NCBI GenBank assembly: GCA_030648675.1
Contig: JAUSGV010000008.1
Location: forward strand, 1 to 41,465
From: Dehalococcoidales bacterium
GTDB taxonomy: Bacteria > Chloroflexota > Dehalococcoidia > Dehalococcoidales > UBA2162
Reading direction: 5' to 3'
DNA: 41,465 nucleotides
Shown in pieces: positions 26,054 through 35,350 of the stretch. Position 1 is the stretch's first letter; the number at the start of each line of letters is the position of its first letter. A program made the position numbers and the translations under genes. The notes beneath the pieces are model-generated. The model saw only the letters and a list, made by a program, of their open reading frames with translations, had not been told where the DNA came from and made no database searches.

Positions 26054-26914
26054 ATGCGGATAACACGCCTCACAGCCGTCTTCCTTGCCGTTCTGGCACT
26101 CACCCTTTCTGCTTGTGTTCACAAAACCCCGCCTTCCTCGCAAAACCTGACGGTGCACTTCATCGACGTGGGACAGGGCGACGCCATTCTGCTCGATCTC
26201 GGTACCACCGAGGTACTGATCGACGGCGGAGAGAAAAATACCGGAGTAGAGGATTACATCAAGCCGTATGTGGACGGGCCGCTTGACGTTATGGTGGCGA
26301 CCCACTTCCATGCCGACCATATCGGCGGGCTTATCAACGTATTGGCCCGATATAAAATAGACAACATCTGGCTTAACGGGGAAAACGCCACGACGGCTAC
26401 ATTCAAAACGTTTATGAACGCGGTTAACGCCGAGGGAGCCAACGTTCACCAGGCGGAGCGAGGCGGGACAATACGGGCAGGCAACCTCACTTTCGTTATC
26501 CTGAATCCGGGATTACCGCCGGCTACCGACCCTAACAATAATTCGATAGTCCTTAATCTCCGCTACGGCGATACCGATTTTCTTTTCACGGGCGATGCTG
26601 AAAACATTACTGAAAGCAGGATGCTTATACAGAGCATCGTACCCATCCCTGACATCGATATTTTGAAAGTCGGCCACCACGGATCGATGACCGCATCCTC
26701 GCCAACTTTCCTTGATTTAATCAAGCCCAAGGCGGCGGTTTACTCCGCCGGGGCAGGCAACACTTACGGGCATCCGCACCGGCAAACGATAATCAATTTA
26801 AGCAAAATCGGAGCGAAGATCTACGGTACGGACGTCCACGGGACGGTGGTGTTCAGTACCGATGGAACAGGCTACACTATAAAGACGAAAAAGCAGGCAC
26901 CGGTGATCAGATAA
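26054..26914 (+). CDS. Metallo-beta-lactamase-fold hydrolase, ComEC C-terminal-domain-like, predicted lipoprotein
   Basis: The signal peptide has a lipobox (LALTLSAC). Motifs: FIDVGQGDAILL, ATHFHADHIGG and KVGHHGS. Confidence 0.85.
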   Translation: MRITRLTAVFLAVLALTLSACVHKTPPSSQNLTVHFIDVGQGDAILLDLGTTEVLIDGGEKNTGVEDYIKPYVDGPLDVMVATHFHADHIGGLINVLARYKIDNIWLNGENATTATFKTFMNAVNAEGANVHQAERGGTIRAGNLTFVILNPGLPPATDPNNNSIVLNLRYGDTDFLFTGDAENITESRMLIQSIVPIPDIDILKVGHHGSMTASSPTFLDLIKPKAAVYSAGAGNTYGHPHRQTIINLSKIGAKIYGTDVHGTVVFSTDGTGYTIKTKKQAPVIR

Positions 26915-26919
26915 TAACC

Positions 26920-27024
26920 AAAGACAAGATTTAAGATTCAATATTTAAGAGACAAGCAACAAGAAACAATTACCAAATGCCGATTCCTAACGTCATATCC
27001 CGATTTCCTTTGGTCATACGGGAC
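26920..27024. repeat. Low-complexity spacer plus a third copy of the ccgattcc-type element
   Basis: aaatgccgattcctaacgtcata (26976-26998) parallels aaatgccgattccttacctcata (16117-16139). The following tcccgatttcctttggtcatacggga is the reverse form of the right arm seen at 11826-11849. Confidence 0.65.
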
Positions 27025-27140
27025 ACCCCGTTTGCCAATTCGGCCATAATATCCTCTCAGACTGTTATTGCCGCCGGTGCCAGGACGCAAACCCTGCTAA
27101 AATAAAACCAGAATTACCGAAGATAATAAGGGGAGGCCGT

Positions 27141-27614
27141 ATGCTTAAGGACTTCCGGGCGTTTATCACCCGTGGAAATGCTATCGACATGTCGGTCGGT
27201 ATTATTATCGGCGCCGCCTTCGGCCCGATAATAAACTCCCTGGTAAAAGACATCATCATGCCGCCCATCGGCCTGCTTCTCGGAAAAGTGGATTTTGCCA
27301 ACCTCATCGTGGTACTGAAGCATGGCGACCCGCCCGGCCCCTATTCTTCGCTTACCGCCGCCCAGACCGCCGGCTCGGTGTCCATTAATTACGGACCATT
27401 CGTAAACACGATAATAAACTTCATCATAGTTGCGGCAGCGGTTTTCTTATTTGTTGTCCGGCCCATCGCCAGAATGGATGCCCGCATTAAAGCCAGACAG
27501 CCCGCGCCTGTACCCGCGGCACCGGCGACAAAAGAATGCCCTTTCTGCAATACCAATATTCCGATCAAGGCGACCCGCTGTCCCAACTGCACATCGGAAA
27601 TCAGTAAAACTTAA
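27141..27614 (+). CDS. mscL: Large-conductance mechanosensitive channel MscL with C-terminal zinc-ribbon tail
   Basis: GGGGAGG SD. Motifs: MLKDFRAFITRGNAIDMSVGIIIGAAFG.I..SLV.DIIMPPIG and the TM2 segment FVNTIINFIIVAAAVF. The tail is CPFC..IPIKATRCPNC. Confidence 0.9.
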   Translation: MLKDFRAFITRGNAIDMSVGIIIGAAFGPIINSLVKDIIMPPIGLLLGKVDFANLIVVLKHGDPPGPYSSLTAAQTAGSVSINYGPFVNTIINFIIVAAAVFLFVVRPIARMDARIKARQPAPVPAAPATKECPFCNTNIPIKATRCPNCTSEISKT

Positions 27615-27669
27615 AGCTCAAAAGCAAAAAGCAAAAACTGATTCCAAGAGATTAGGGGTTGGGGATGCC

Positions 27670-28038
27670 TCAGATTCCGACGAGGATATTATCGCCTTCG
27701 ACTTTGACCGGATAAACCCGCAGCGGACGGAGCGGACGGAACATCTGGTTAGCCTTCGCTTTGAAGCCGGCCCAGAACGTCCACCGGATTACCCGCCCGT
27801 CGATCAAGTCGAATTGAGAGCCGTGAAGAGGACATGTGACTACGGTGCCCTCCAGCTTCCCGAGAGATAGGTTCCCGCCCAGGTGCGGGCATTTGTTATC
27901 AGCCGCATAGAATTTGCCGTCCACCAAAGCCACTAAAACCTGCCGCTTATCTGCTCGGAACGCCTTCATCGTCCCGTTTTGAAAGTCGCTGACTTGTGCC
28001 ACAGGTATGAAATTAGCCGTAGCCGTTATACTGCTCAT
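27670..28038 (-). CDS. Small Rieske [2Fe-2S] protein
   Basis: 122 aa with CPHLGG (C.H) and CPLHGSQF (C..H). Its start overlaps the stop of the upstream micro-ORF (ATGA). Confidence 0.85.
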   Translation of the reverse strand: MSSITATANFIPVAQVSDFQNGTMKAFRADKRQVLVALVDGKFYAADNKCPHLGGNLSLGKLEGTVVTCPLHGSQFDLIDGRVIRWTFWAGFKAKANQMFRPLRPLRVYPVKVEGDNILVGI

Positions 28039-28187
28039 GGCTGTTTTTTCGTCGCCCGCTTCTGGACCGCGTTTTTATAAATCTTTGCCAGAGCTTTCCC
28101 GTGCTGGGGTATCTGCTCCTTCTTCTTCCGGAGCTTTTTTTCGCGCCGTTCCTGGCGGGTTTCCATTGGTTCGAGTTCCCGTTTCAT
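28035..28187 (-). CDS. Unannotated 50-aa highly basic micro-ORF
   Basis: Below the track length cut-off. My translation is MKRELEPMETRQERREKKLRKKKEQIPQHGKALAKIYKNAVQKRATKKQP. Its ATG (28187-28185) overlaps the TGA of the USP gene (28186-28184), and its TGA (28037-28035) overlaps the ATG of the Rieske gene (28038-28036). Confidence 0.45.
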   Translation of the reverse strand: MKRELEPMETRQERREKKLRKKKEQIPQHGKALAKIYKNAVQKRATKKQP

Positions 28188-28687
28188 TTTTCGTCGATCG
28201 GCCTGCTTAACGGCAATTTCCGGTAATCCGGTACTCTGACCAGCGTTATCGGAATCCTCCCGCCTCTTCTTATCACTTTATCGGCTACACCGCCGAAAGC
28301 CCACCCGCTGAACCCCGACAAGCCGTGGCTCGACAGTGCTATCATACTGGCGTTAGCTTCCTCAGCCGTCTTGATGATCTCTTCCGGCGGAAAACCAACC
28401 GACACCTTTACCGTCGCGGTAACATCCTTACTCTTGAGGCTTTTCCCCACCTTTCTTAAATATCTTAAAGCCTTTTCTTTGTGCTTCTTCATCTCTTCCT
28501 CGGTGTAAAGGACACGGTTGCACGCTTCTCCGCAAACCACCACCGGGGCGAAAGTCGATAATACCTGGAGGAGAATAACTTCTTTCCTGACGTTGGGCGA
28601 AATCTTGCCCAGGAAGTCATCGACATACGACAGGGCTACCTCACCTAAGTTAGACCCGTCCAGCGGCACAACAATTATCTCTTCCAC
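28184..28687 (-). CDS. Universal stress protein (UspA family)
   Basis: 167 aa with a GTG start 5 nt after an AAGGAGG SD. Motifs: IIVVPLDGS and the C-terminal ATP-binding-like segment SSHGLSGFSGWAFGGVADKVIR. Confidence 0.85.
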   Translation of the reverse strand: MEEIIVVPLDGSNLGEVALSYVDDFLGKISPNVRKEVILLQVLSTFAPVVVCGEACNRVLYTEEEMKKHKEKALRYLRKVGKSLKSKDVTATVKVSVGFPPEEIIKTAEEANASMIALSSHGLSGFSGWAFGGVADKVIRRGGRIPITLVRVPDYRKLPLSRPIDEK

Positions 28688-28723
28688 GTTATCCTCCTTA
28701 CCAAGTGCAATCAGGCAACTGCT

Positions 28724-30685
28724 TCATCTCCTACCGATTCCGCTTTGCAGCATCAGTCCTTCCAAAAGCCTGGACAATTCTATCGTTGCAACCCCGATGA
28801 CCTTGTCCGCGCCGCCGTAATAAACAAACAAACGTCCGTTAATCACTACCGCTCCGCACGAGAAGACCACATTGGGTACCTGGCCTTCCCTTTCGTACAG
28901 CATTTCCGGCTCGAGAAGCGGTGTTTTTCTCCTTGCAATAACGCGGGTGGGGCGCTCGCTATCCAGCAACGCGGCACTCAGGTAATAGATGCGGCGGCCT
29001 TCCTTTTGCGCGACGACGTGATAAATAAGCAGCCAACCGTATTCGGTCTCTATCGGCGGCGCCGCGATACCGATCTTTTCGGCGGGCAGTTCTTCCTGTA
29101 TCGGGCTCATGATAACGCTGCCCTTTATCCACCGTCCGTCGCCGAGTTCTGCCAGATTTTCTCCCATATCCAGCCAAATGCTTACGCCGGGACGATGCAG
29201 GATGGCGAACTTGTTGCCGAACTTCCTCGGGAAAATAGCGGCATTCTTGTCCATGATACCGGGCGGCGATATTATCACCGGCTTCGCCCAGTTCCAGCGC
29301 TTTGCCAGAAAATCATCCGCCGTGATGGACGTCAGGGCGACCCTCGGTTCGCTCCTGCCGTCCCAGGCGGTATAGCACATATACAGGTCGTTCTCGATCC
29401 GGGTAATCCTGGGATCTTCGCATCCGGAGCCGACGTAGGGAGAGCGTTTGTTTTCAAAATCTTCGCGGGGCACGTAAACCGGCTGGTCCAATCTTTCGTC
29501 GAAAATAAAACCGTCCTTGCTGGCGGCGTAACCGATAACGGAGGTATTGTCTTCCGCCTGTGCACGGTATAAGAGGTGGACTTTATCGCCGGCGTAGAGT
29601 GCCGCGGTATTATAGACTGCTTTCGCTTCCCACGGATGCCGCGGGTCGGGTCGAATAATCGGGTTACCGGAATGCCGCACCAGCTTCATCTTGTTCACTT
29701 CCGGCAGGAGCATCTCTTCGATAATCGCGCTCAATTTTCCCGTCGCTACCGCGCAAGTCGTATCGGTAGCACCATAGTACAAATAAATCTGTTCGCCTTT
29801 TACGAACGCCCCCGACGGGAATATAACGTTCGGCACGCGCCCATATTTCTCGTAGACTTCCTGGGGTACCATGAGCGATTTCTGCGTCCGGGCGATGACT
29901 TTTTGCGGGTCGTCCAGGTCGAGAAGAGCAGCTTCGATGCCGAACACCGGGCGCCCGGAGAAATAGTCCTGTATATACGAATAAATCAGAAGCCACCCGA
30001 ATTGTGTCTTGATTGGCGGAGCACCGACTTCCACCTGGTCGAGGTTCGACCGCTGCAGGGGTATTACGTGGTCGTTCAGGAAGGTATACCAACCCTCCCA
30101 GTATTCGTACGACCATATCTGCTCTTCTTCGTCGAAAAGAGCGAGCCCGATCTTCGACGGCGGATTGTCTGTATTAGCCGTCAGCACGGCGGCGATCTTG
30201 CCGCCGACCCTGGCGGGAAAGAGGGCCATCGCTTTGGAATTGAACGGAGTGACACGATGCTTCTCGTCGATCTTCTTGAAGTCTCTCGTTACCGCCAGAC
30301 CGATCCGGATGCCTTCCGCGCAAAACGGACATGTAGAAAGAGCGGTGTAAAAAATGTAGTACTTTCCGCCCAGCTTCGTCACCCTCGGGTCTTCGCAGCC
30401 GTATTTTTCCCAATCGTACTCGGGCGTGATAAACTGCCGGCGCTCGCTAAAGCTTATCCCGTCGGTACTTTGCGTATAGCCGACGGTCGATACCCCCAGC
30501 TCGACGCCGGAAATTACCTGGGGCGACGACACGGCGCGGTAAAGCAGGTGGATAGTCTTTCCGCTGACGACAGGGCAGGGATTGAAGACGGCTTCCGCTT
30601 CCCATGCTTCCTCGGTAATAGGCTGCAAAATCGGATTTTCCGGGGAACGCTTGAATAGACTTACCGGCTTGGCCCCAGCACTCAT
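28724..30685 (-). CDS. Two-domain GH130-family (DUF377) glycoside phosphorylase/hydrolase-like protein
   Basis: 653 aa comprising two tandem copies of the GH130 pattern. Copy 1: NPIL.P....WE..AVFNP....LLYRA...GY..S.DG..F...YGCEDPRVTKLGGKYYIFYTA. Copy 2: GNPIIRP..HPWEAKAVYN...LLYRA...SGCEDPRITRIENDLYMCYTAWDG. Both end in LFVYYGGADK or LYYGATD. Confidence 0.8.
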   Translation of the reverse strand: MSAGAKPVSLFKRSPENPILQPITEEAWEAEAVFNPCPVVSGKTIHLLYRAVSSPQVISGVELGVSTVGYTQSTDGISFSERRQFITPEYDWEKYGCEDPRVTKLGGKYYIFYTALSTCPFCAEGIRIGLAVTRDFKKIDEKHRVTPFNSKAMALFPARVGGKIAAVLTANTDNPPSKIGLALFDEEEQIWSYEYWEGWYTFLNDHVIPLQRSNLDQVEVGAPPIKTQFGWLLIYSYIQDYFSGRPVFGIEAALLDLDDPQKVIARTQKSLMVPQEVYEKYGRVPNVIFPSGAFVKGEQIYLYYGATDTTCAVATGKLSAIIEEMLLPEVNKMKLVRHSGNPIIRPDPRHPWEAKAVYNTAALYAGDKVHLLYRAQAEDNTSVIGYAASKDGFIFDERLDQPVYVPREDFENKRSPYVGSGCEDPRITRIENDLYMCYTAWDGRSEPRVALTSITADDFLAKRWNWAKPVIISPPGIMDKNAAIFPRKFGNKFAILHRPGVSIWLDMGENLAELGDGRWIKGSVIMSPIQEELPAEKIGIAAPPIETEYGWLLIYHVVAQKEGRRIYYLSAALLDSERPTRVIARRKTPLLEPEMLYEREGQVPNVVFSCGAVVINGRLFVYYGGADKVIGVATIELSRLLEGLMLQSGIGRR

Positions 30686-31989
30686 TCGACCTTCCCTATA
30701 CGGAACATCTTACCCCCGCATTTCGGGCAAGTCCCCTGGACTGCCGGCCGGCCGTTCTTCATGGTGACGGCTTTGGGATTTTTCATGACCCGCATCTTCC
30801 GGCATTTTACACAGTAGGCCTGGATAAATTTGTTCATTACCTTATCGAACTCAGGCCCGGGGACGGGGAAAGGCAATGTCGTTACGCCGGGTACGGGCCG
30901 CGGAGTTCGTGCACCCGCCGCGAAGGTCCGACCGCCGGTCAGCTTCTTGATAAAATCGTTCAGGTCGGTAAAAGCAACGCAAGTTACTTTATCCGCCCCT
31001 CCATAATAGACAAACAAGCGGCCGCCGATTACTGCGGCTCCGCACGGGTAAACGACGCCTGCTTTCCAGCCTTCGTTTTCATATTTCTCCACCGGCTCCA
31101 AAAGCGGTTCGTCGGCGCAGTAGATCACCTTCGCCGGGTTTTTAAGGTCGAGCAGCATCGCTCCTATCTTGTAGCGTCCTGGATCGCGCTCGCCTATCCC
31201 CTGGTAGATAAGCAGCCAACCGGCTTTAGTCTTGATGGGGGGAGCACCGGCACCTACCTTGCGGCTGTCCCAGTAGTCAGCCCGGGGTTTTATCCTAAAG
31301 TCGCCTCGCAACCATCTGGTTTTACCGTCGAAATTCAAATCGTCGACGAAATCGATGAGGATATCGGGGTAAACGCGGTGGAATATAACGTATTTCGATC
31401 CGATCTTCTCCGGCAAAATGCAGGCATTCTTGTTAACGACACCGGGGCGGGATATAAGTACCGGCCGCTCCCAGCGCCATCGCCTGGCAAGAAAATCTCC
31501 GGCCAGTATCGAGGTCAAGGCAACCCGAGGCGGACTGTATCCGTCGTAAGCCACGTAGGTCATGTATATCCGGTCGCCGATCCGGGTTAACCTCGGGTCT
31601 TCACATCCGCCGGCACCTCCTCCCCCTGATAGGTAGGCGACTTCTCTTACCTTTTCCTCTTCGGCTTCACCATTTCCCGCAACAAGATAGGTGACGTGGT
31701 GATCGTCCGCAGAGAGCGACAACAGGCTGGAGCCGTCGTAAGCCCCTTCGGTACGGTAAATGGGGTAGGTCAATCGCTCGTCGACGTGAAATCCGTCGGT
31801 GCTGCAGGCATACCCGAGGACCGATTGATCGGAATCGCCGATAGCGCGGTAAACGATGTGGACTTTGCCGCCTTCATAGATAGCCGCCGGATTAAAAGCT
31901 GCCTTCGATTCCCAACCGAGACCGAGTCTCGGCTCGAGGATAGGATTGCCGGCGTACCTTTCCAGAACAGGGCGAAACTTCATGTCCAA
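30682..31989 (-). CDS. GH130-family domain fused to a C-terminal C4 zinc ribbon (DUF5679-like)
   Basis: 435 aa with GNPILEP..GWESKAAFNP...IVYRA, GGCEDPRLTRIGDRIYMTYVAYDG and LFVYYGGADK. A Pro-rich linker leads to CVKCRKMRVMKNPKAVTMKNGRPAVQGTCPKCGGKMFRIGK (nt about 30685-30813). Its TGA overlaps the ATG of the next gene (ATGA at 30682-30685). Confidence 0.8.
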   Translation of the reverse strand: MDMKFRPVLERYAGNPILEPRLGLGWESKAAFNPAAIYEGGKVHIVYRAIGDSDQSVLGYACSTDGFHVDERLTYPIYRTEGAYDGSSLLSLSADDHHVTYLVAGNGEAEEEKVREVAYLSGGGGAGGCEDPRLTRIGDRIYMTYVAYDGYSPPRVALTSILAGDFLARRWRWERPVLISRPGVVNKNACILPEKIGSKYVIFHRVYPDILIDFVDDLNFDGKTRWLRGDFRIKPRADYWDSRKVGAGAPPIKTKAGWLLIYQGIGERDPGRYKIGAMLLDLKNPAKVIYCADEPLLEPVEKYENEGWKAGVVYPCGAAVIGGRLFVYYGGADKVTCVAFTDLNDFIKKLTGGRTFAAGARTPRPVPGVTTLPFPVPGPEFDKVMNKFIQAYCVKCRKMRVMKNPKAVTMKNGRPAVQGTCPKCGGKMFRIGKVE

Positions 31990-32029
31990 GACTGCCTCCG
32001 CGACGTTTTACGAGACCCCTTTTAGAAAA

Positions 32030-32058
32030 ATCATACAACGCTAAAGGTTATCTTGCAA
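32030..32058 (-). promoter_or_regulatory. Sigma-70-like promoter for the GH130 operon (TTGCAA, 17-nt spacer, TATGAT on the minus strand)
   Basis: The minus strand reads TTGCAA (32058-32053), a 17-nt spacer, then TATGAT (32035-32030). A GGAGG SD sits about 10 nt before the ATG at 31989. Confidence 0.45.
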
Positions 32059-32169
32059 TAACCTGTTAAGCGTCTTTAGCATCTCTAACCGTCTCACTCA
32101 ATAGTACCCGTCATTTACGCCCTTCACAATCACTGGCATTTTTGATGGAGGTTTGAATGAAGCCTGGAA

Positions 32170-33123
32170 TTGATTTTGGAAGCAGGCAGCTTTTATAATT
32201 CGCCTGGGAACTGCATGATTGATTCTACTCTGGACCCTTTAGAAGAAAGAGTCTCAGCCGACTGCCTGACCAGGAAGCTCCTTTTCCGGCTGGCAGACGG
32301 CAAGACTATCGAGTCGGCATTGATATTATCCGTGGATTCCCGCACCGGACGGGAGCGGCGGACGGTGTGCGTCTCGAGCCAGGTCGGCTGCAATATCGGC
32401 TGTCCCTTCTGTGCCACCGGTCAGCAGGGATTTGAACGTAACTTGAGTCCGGATGAGATAGTCCGGCAGGTCCATTTTTTCGTGGAACGTTTTGGTAATA
32501 CGACCGGGCTGGAGAAAGGAAAAAACCGGGGTTGGTTGACCAATGTGGTATTCATGGGCATGGGCGAGCCGCTGGCTAATTATGAAAATACCCGGCAGGC
32601 TATTGCCATGCTTAACTCGCCGAAGGGGCTGGGCATGGGAATTCACCAGATAACCCTGTCCACCTCGGGCCTCGTACCGCAAATACGCCAGCTCACGGAA
32701 GAAGGCCTGCAGTACCAACTGGCGGTTTCACTTCACGCCGCTAATGACAAACTGCGCGATGAACTGGTGCCCATCAATAGAAAATACCCGCTCGAACACC
32801 TGATTTCGGCCTGCAAAGAATACAGCCGCAAAACAGGCCGGAGCATCTTTATCGAATACGCCCTTTTCGACAAGATAAATGATTCAGTAAATGATGCCGA
32901 AAGCCTCGTAAAATTGCTGGCGGGATTAAAATGCTCGATCAACCTGATTACCGGTAATCCCACCGGTTCCAGCTTTAAACCCTCTTCCCGCGAGATAGCA
33001 CTGGTGTTTCAGAAAATACTGATGGCAAGCGGCATCAGAACGATGCTCCGTGTTTCCCGTGGTGCCGACATCGAAGCCGGCTGCGGACAGCTACGAAGCC
33101 GGTGGAGCACATCTCAAACTTAG
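32170..33123 (+). CDS. rlmN: RlmN/Cfr-family radical-SAM rRNA/tRNA methyltransferase, N-terminally short
   Basis: Motifs: [19 protein letters not shown] (C...C..C), [16 protein letters not shown] and the C-terminal [11 protein letters not shown]. The start is uncertain (TTG 32170 or ATG 32215). Either way only about 20-35 residues precede the [17 protein letters not shown] strand. Confidence 0.8.
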   Translation: MILEAGSFYNSPGNCMIDSTLDPLEERVSADCLTRKLLFRLADGKTIESALILSVDSRTGRERRTVCVSSQVGCNIGCPFCATGQQGFERNLSPDEIVRQVHFFVERFGNTTGLEKGKNRGWLTNVVFMGMGEPLANYENTRQAIAMLNSPKGLGMGIHQITLSTSGLVPQIRQLTEEGLQYQLAVSLHAANDKLRDELVPINRKYPLEHLISACKEYSRKTGRSIFIEYALFDKINDSVNDAESLVKLLAGLKCSINLITGNPTGSSFKPSSREIALVFQKILMASGIRTMLRVSRGADIEAGCGQLRSRWSTSQT

Positions 33124-35087
33124 GGCAAACTTTTTCTCAGTTCCACGATGCGGTCGCGCAGAAGGGCGGCTTTCTCGAATTCCAGGTTTCTTGCCGCCGC
33201 CTTCATCTGCGATTCGAGATCCTTTATCAAACGGGCTATCTCGTCCGGCGAGGTCGGACCGGCAGCATAGGAAGCCTGCGGCTCGGCGACAGATTTGAAT
33301 CTTTCGCTGATGTCCTTTATCGCTTTTTTAATGCCCTGCGGGGTAATACCATGGTTCCGGTTGTACTCTTCCTGGATCCCCCGGCGGCGGACAATCTCGT
33401 CGATGGCCGCTTTCATGGAACCGGTGACGGTATCGGCGTACATGATGACGTGTCCGTCGATATGCCGCGCGGCACGCCCCATGGTCTGTATCAGAGCGCC
33501 GCCAGACCTTAAATACCCCTCTTTATCGGCGTCGAGGATGGCCACGAGACTTACTTCGGGCAGATCCAGCCCCTCTCTCAGGAGGTTGATACCGACGATG
33601 ACGTCGTAAACGCCAAGGCGCAGGTCGCGCAATATCTCGACCCTTTCCAGCGTAACGACCTCGGAGTGCAGATAGTGCGTCTTGATGCCCATCTCCCCCA
33701 GGTAATCGGCCAGCTCTTCCGCCATCCGTTTAGTCAAGGTGGTGACCAGGCAACGTTCGCCCTTGTCCACACGCATTCTAATTTGCGCGATCAAATCGTC
33801 GATCTGCCCCCTGGTCGGATTGACCTCAATGGTCGGTTCGAGAAGTCCGGTAGGACGTACGAGTTGCTCCACCACCTGCTGGCTGTGCTCCAGTTCATAA
33901 GGCCCCGGCGTGGCCGAGGTATAGATCACCTGGTTGACGTGCTGCTGGAACTCTTCGAAGTTAAACGGCCGGTTATCGAGAGCGGAGGGCAAACGGAACC
34001 CGTAATCGATGAGGGTCTGCTTGCGCGACCGGTCGCCTTTATACATGCCGCGTATTTGCGGCAGACTCATATGCGATTCGTCGATAAACAGCAGGTAATC
34101 CTCGGGAAAGTAGTCGATAAGCGTCCACGGAGGACTGCCGGGAGCTCTTTCGGAAAGGTGGCGGGAATAATTCTCGACACCGGAGCAGTAACCGGCTTCG
34201 CGCATCATTTCGAGGTCGTAATGCGTCCGGGAATCGAGACGGGCGGCTTCGACAAGCTTCCCCTGCCCCTTTAATTCCGTCAGCCGCCCGTCCAACTCCT
34301 TTTCGATGTTCACGATCGCCCGCTGCAGCTTTTCCGCCGAGGTCACGAAGTGTTTTGCCGGATAAATATCTATAGATTGGAGTTCGGCAAGGATTTCGCC
34401 GGTAAGCGGGTCGATTTCAACAATACGCTCCACGTCGTCGCCGAAAAATTCGATGCGCAAAGCCAGGTCTTCGTATGCCGGCTGAATTTCCAGCGTGTCA
34501 CCCCGGATGCGGAACCGGCCGCGGGTAAAATCGACATCGTTCCGCTCGTACTGCATGTCGACCAGGGAATGGAGCAGCTTGTGCCGGTTGTAGGTTTGTC
34601 CTCGTTTCAGGCTGAGAACGAAACTGCGGTACTCTTCCGGGGAGCACAAACCGTAGATGCACGATACCGACGCCACAATGACCACGTCGCGGCGTTCGAA
34701 GAGCGCCCTGGTAGCAGCGTGGCGGAGCTTATCGATCTCTTCGTTGATATCAGCGTCCTTTTCAATATAAACATCGTTTTGGGGAATGTAAGCCTCAGGC
34801 TGATAATAATCGTAATAACTCACGAAGTATTCAACGGCGTTGTTGGGCAGGAACTCCTTGAATTCCTGGTAGAGCTGGGCAGCCAACGTTTTGTTGTGGC
34901 TGATGACGAGGGCGGGCCGCCTTGATTGAGCGATTACGTTGGCCATAGTAAAGGTTTTACCGCTTCCGGTCACGCCGAGCAAAGTCTGGTGTTTGTAGCC
35001 GTGCTGAAGCCCCTCGACCAGTTTGGCCGCCGCCTGCGGCTGGTCGCCCATCATCTTGAAATCGGAGACAATTTCGAATTCAGGCAT
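33120..35087 (-). CDS. uvrB: Excinuclease ABC subunit B
   Basis: 655 aa with [18 protein letters not shown], helicase motifs and the C-terminal UVR domain [13 protein letters not shown]. It shares a convergent 4-nt overlap with the rlmN-like gene. Confidence 0.97.
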   Translation of the reverse strand: MPEFEIVSDFKMMGDQPQAAAKLVEGLQHGYKHQTLLGVTGSGKTFTMANVIAQSRRPALVISHNKTLAAQLYQEFKEFLPNNAVEYFVSYYDYYQPEAYIPQNDVYIEKDADINEEIDKLRHAATRALFERRDVVIVASVSCIYGLCSPEEYRSFVLSLKRGQTYNRHKLLHSLVDMQYERNDVDFTRGRFRIRGDTLEIQPAYEDLALRIEFFGDDVERIVEIDPLTGEILAELQSIDIYPAKHFVTSAEKLQRAIVNIEKELDGRLTELKGQGKLVEAARLDSRTHYDLEMMREAGYCSGVENYSRHLSERAPGSPPWTLIDYFPEDYLLFIDESHMSLPQIRGMYKGDRSRKQTLIDYGFRLPSALDNRPFNFEEFQQHVNQVIYTSATPGPYELEHSQQVVEQLVRPTGLLEPTIEVNPTRGQIDDLIAQIRMRVDKGERCLVTTLTKRMAEELADYLGEMGIKTHYLHSEVVTLERVEILRDLRLGVYDVIVGINLLREGLDLPEVSLVAILDADKEGYLRSGGALIQTMGRAARHIDGHVIMYADTVTGSMKAAIDEIVRRRGIQEEYNRNHGITPQGIKKAIKDISERFKSVAEPQASYAAGPTSPDEIARLIKDLESQMKAAARNLEFEKAALLRDRIVELRKSLP

Positions 35088-35350
35088 TGTTGTTACTCAA
35101 GGATTAGTATAACGTCCGTCAGGTTTGGCGTTCAAATAGTACCTTTTTGCAACCGAAATTGGATTCGTTTTTCCTGCATGGATATGATAATCCGAGCGTT
35201 TGTGCAACGTCTTGCCAGCTCCGGGACATTTATTGTTAGCCTAAAGTTAATCTAAAATACTTCTTTCGAATAATGTCGCACGCAGGCCGCTTAGATATAG
35301 TTGAATCGTTGATGATCAAAGGTCTGTCGGTTTTGAGGAAAGGCAACATT

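Noticed and set aside
27540-27614. The C-terminal CPFC...CPNC zinc ribbon on MscL as a novel fusion.
   Set aside because: From memory, MscL proteins of several Firmicutes (for example clostridia) carry a very similar Cys4 tail (..CP.C...I...ATRCPHCTS..). This is a known variant rather than a new architecture.
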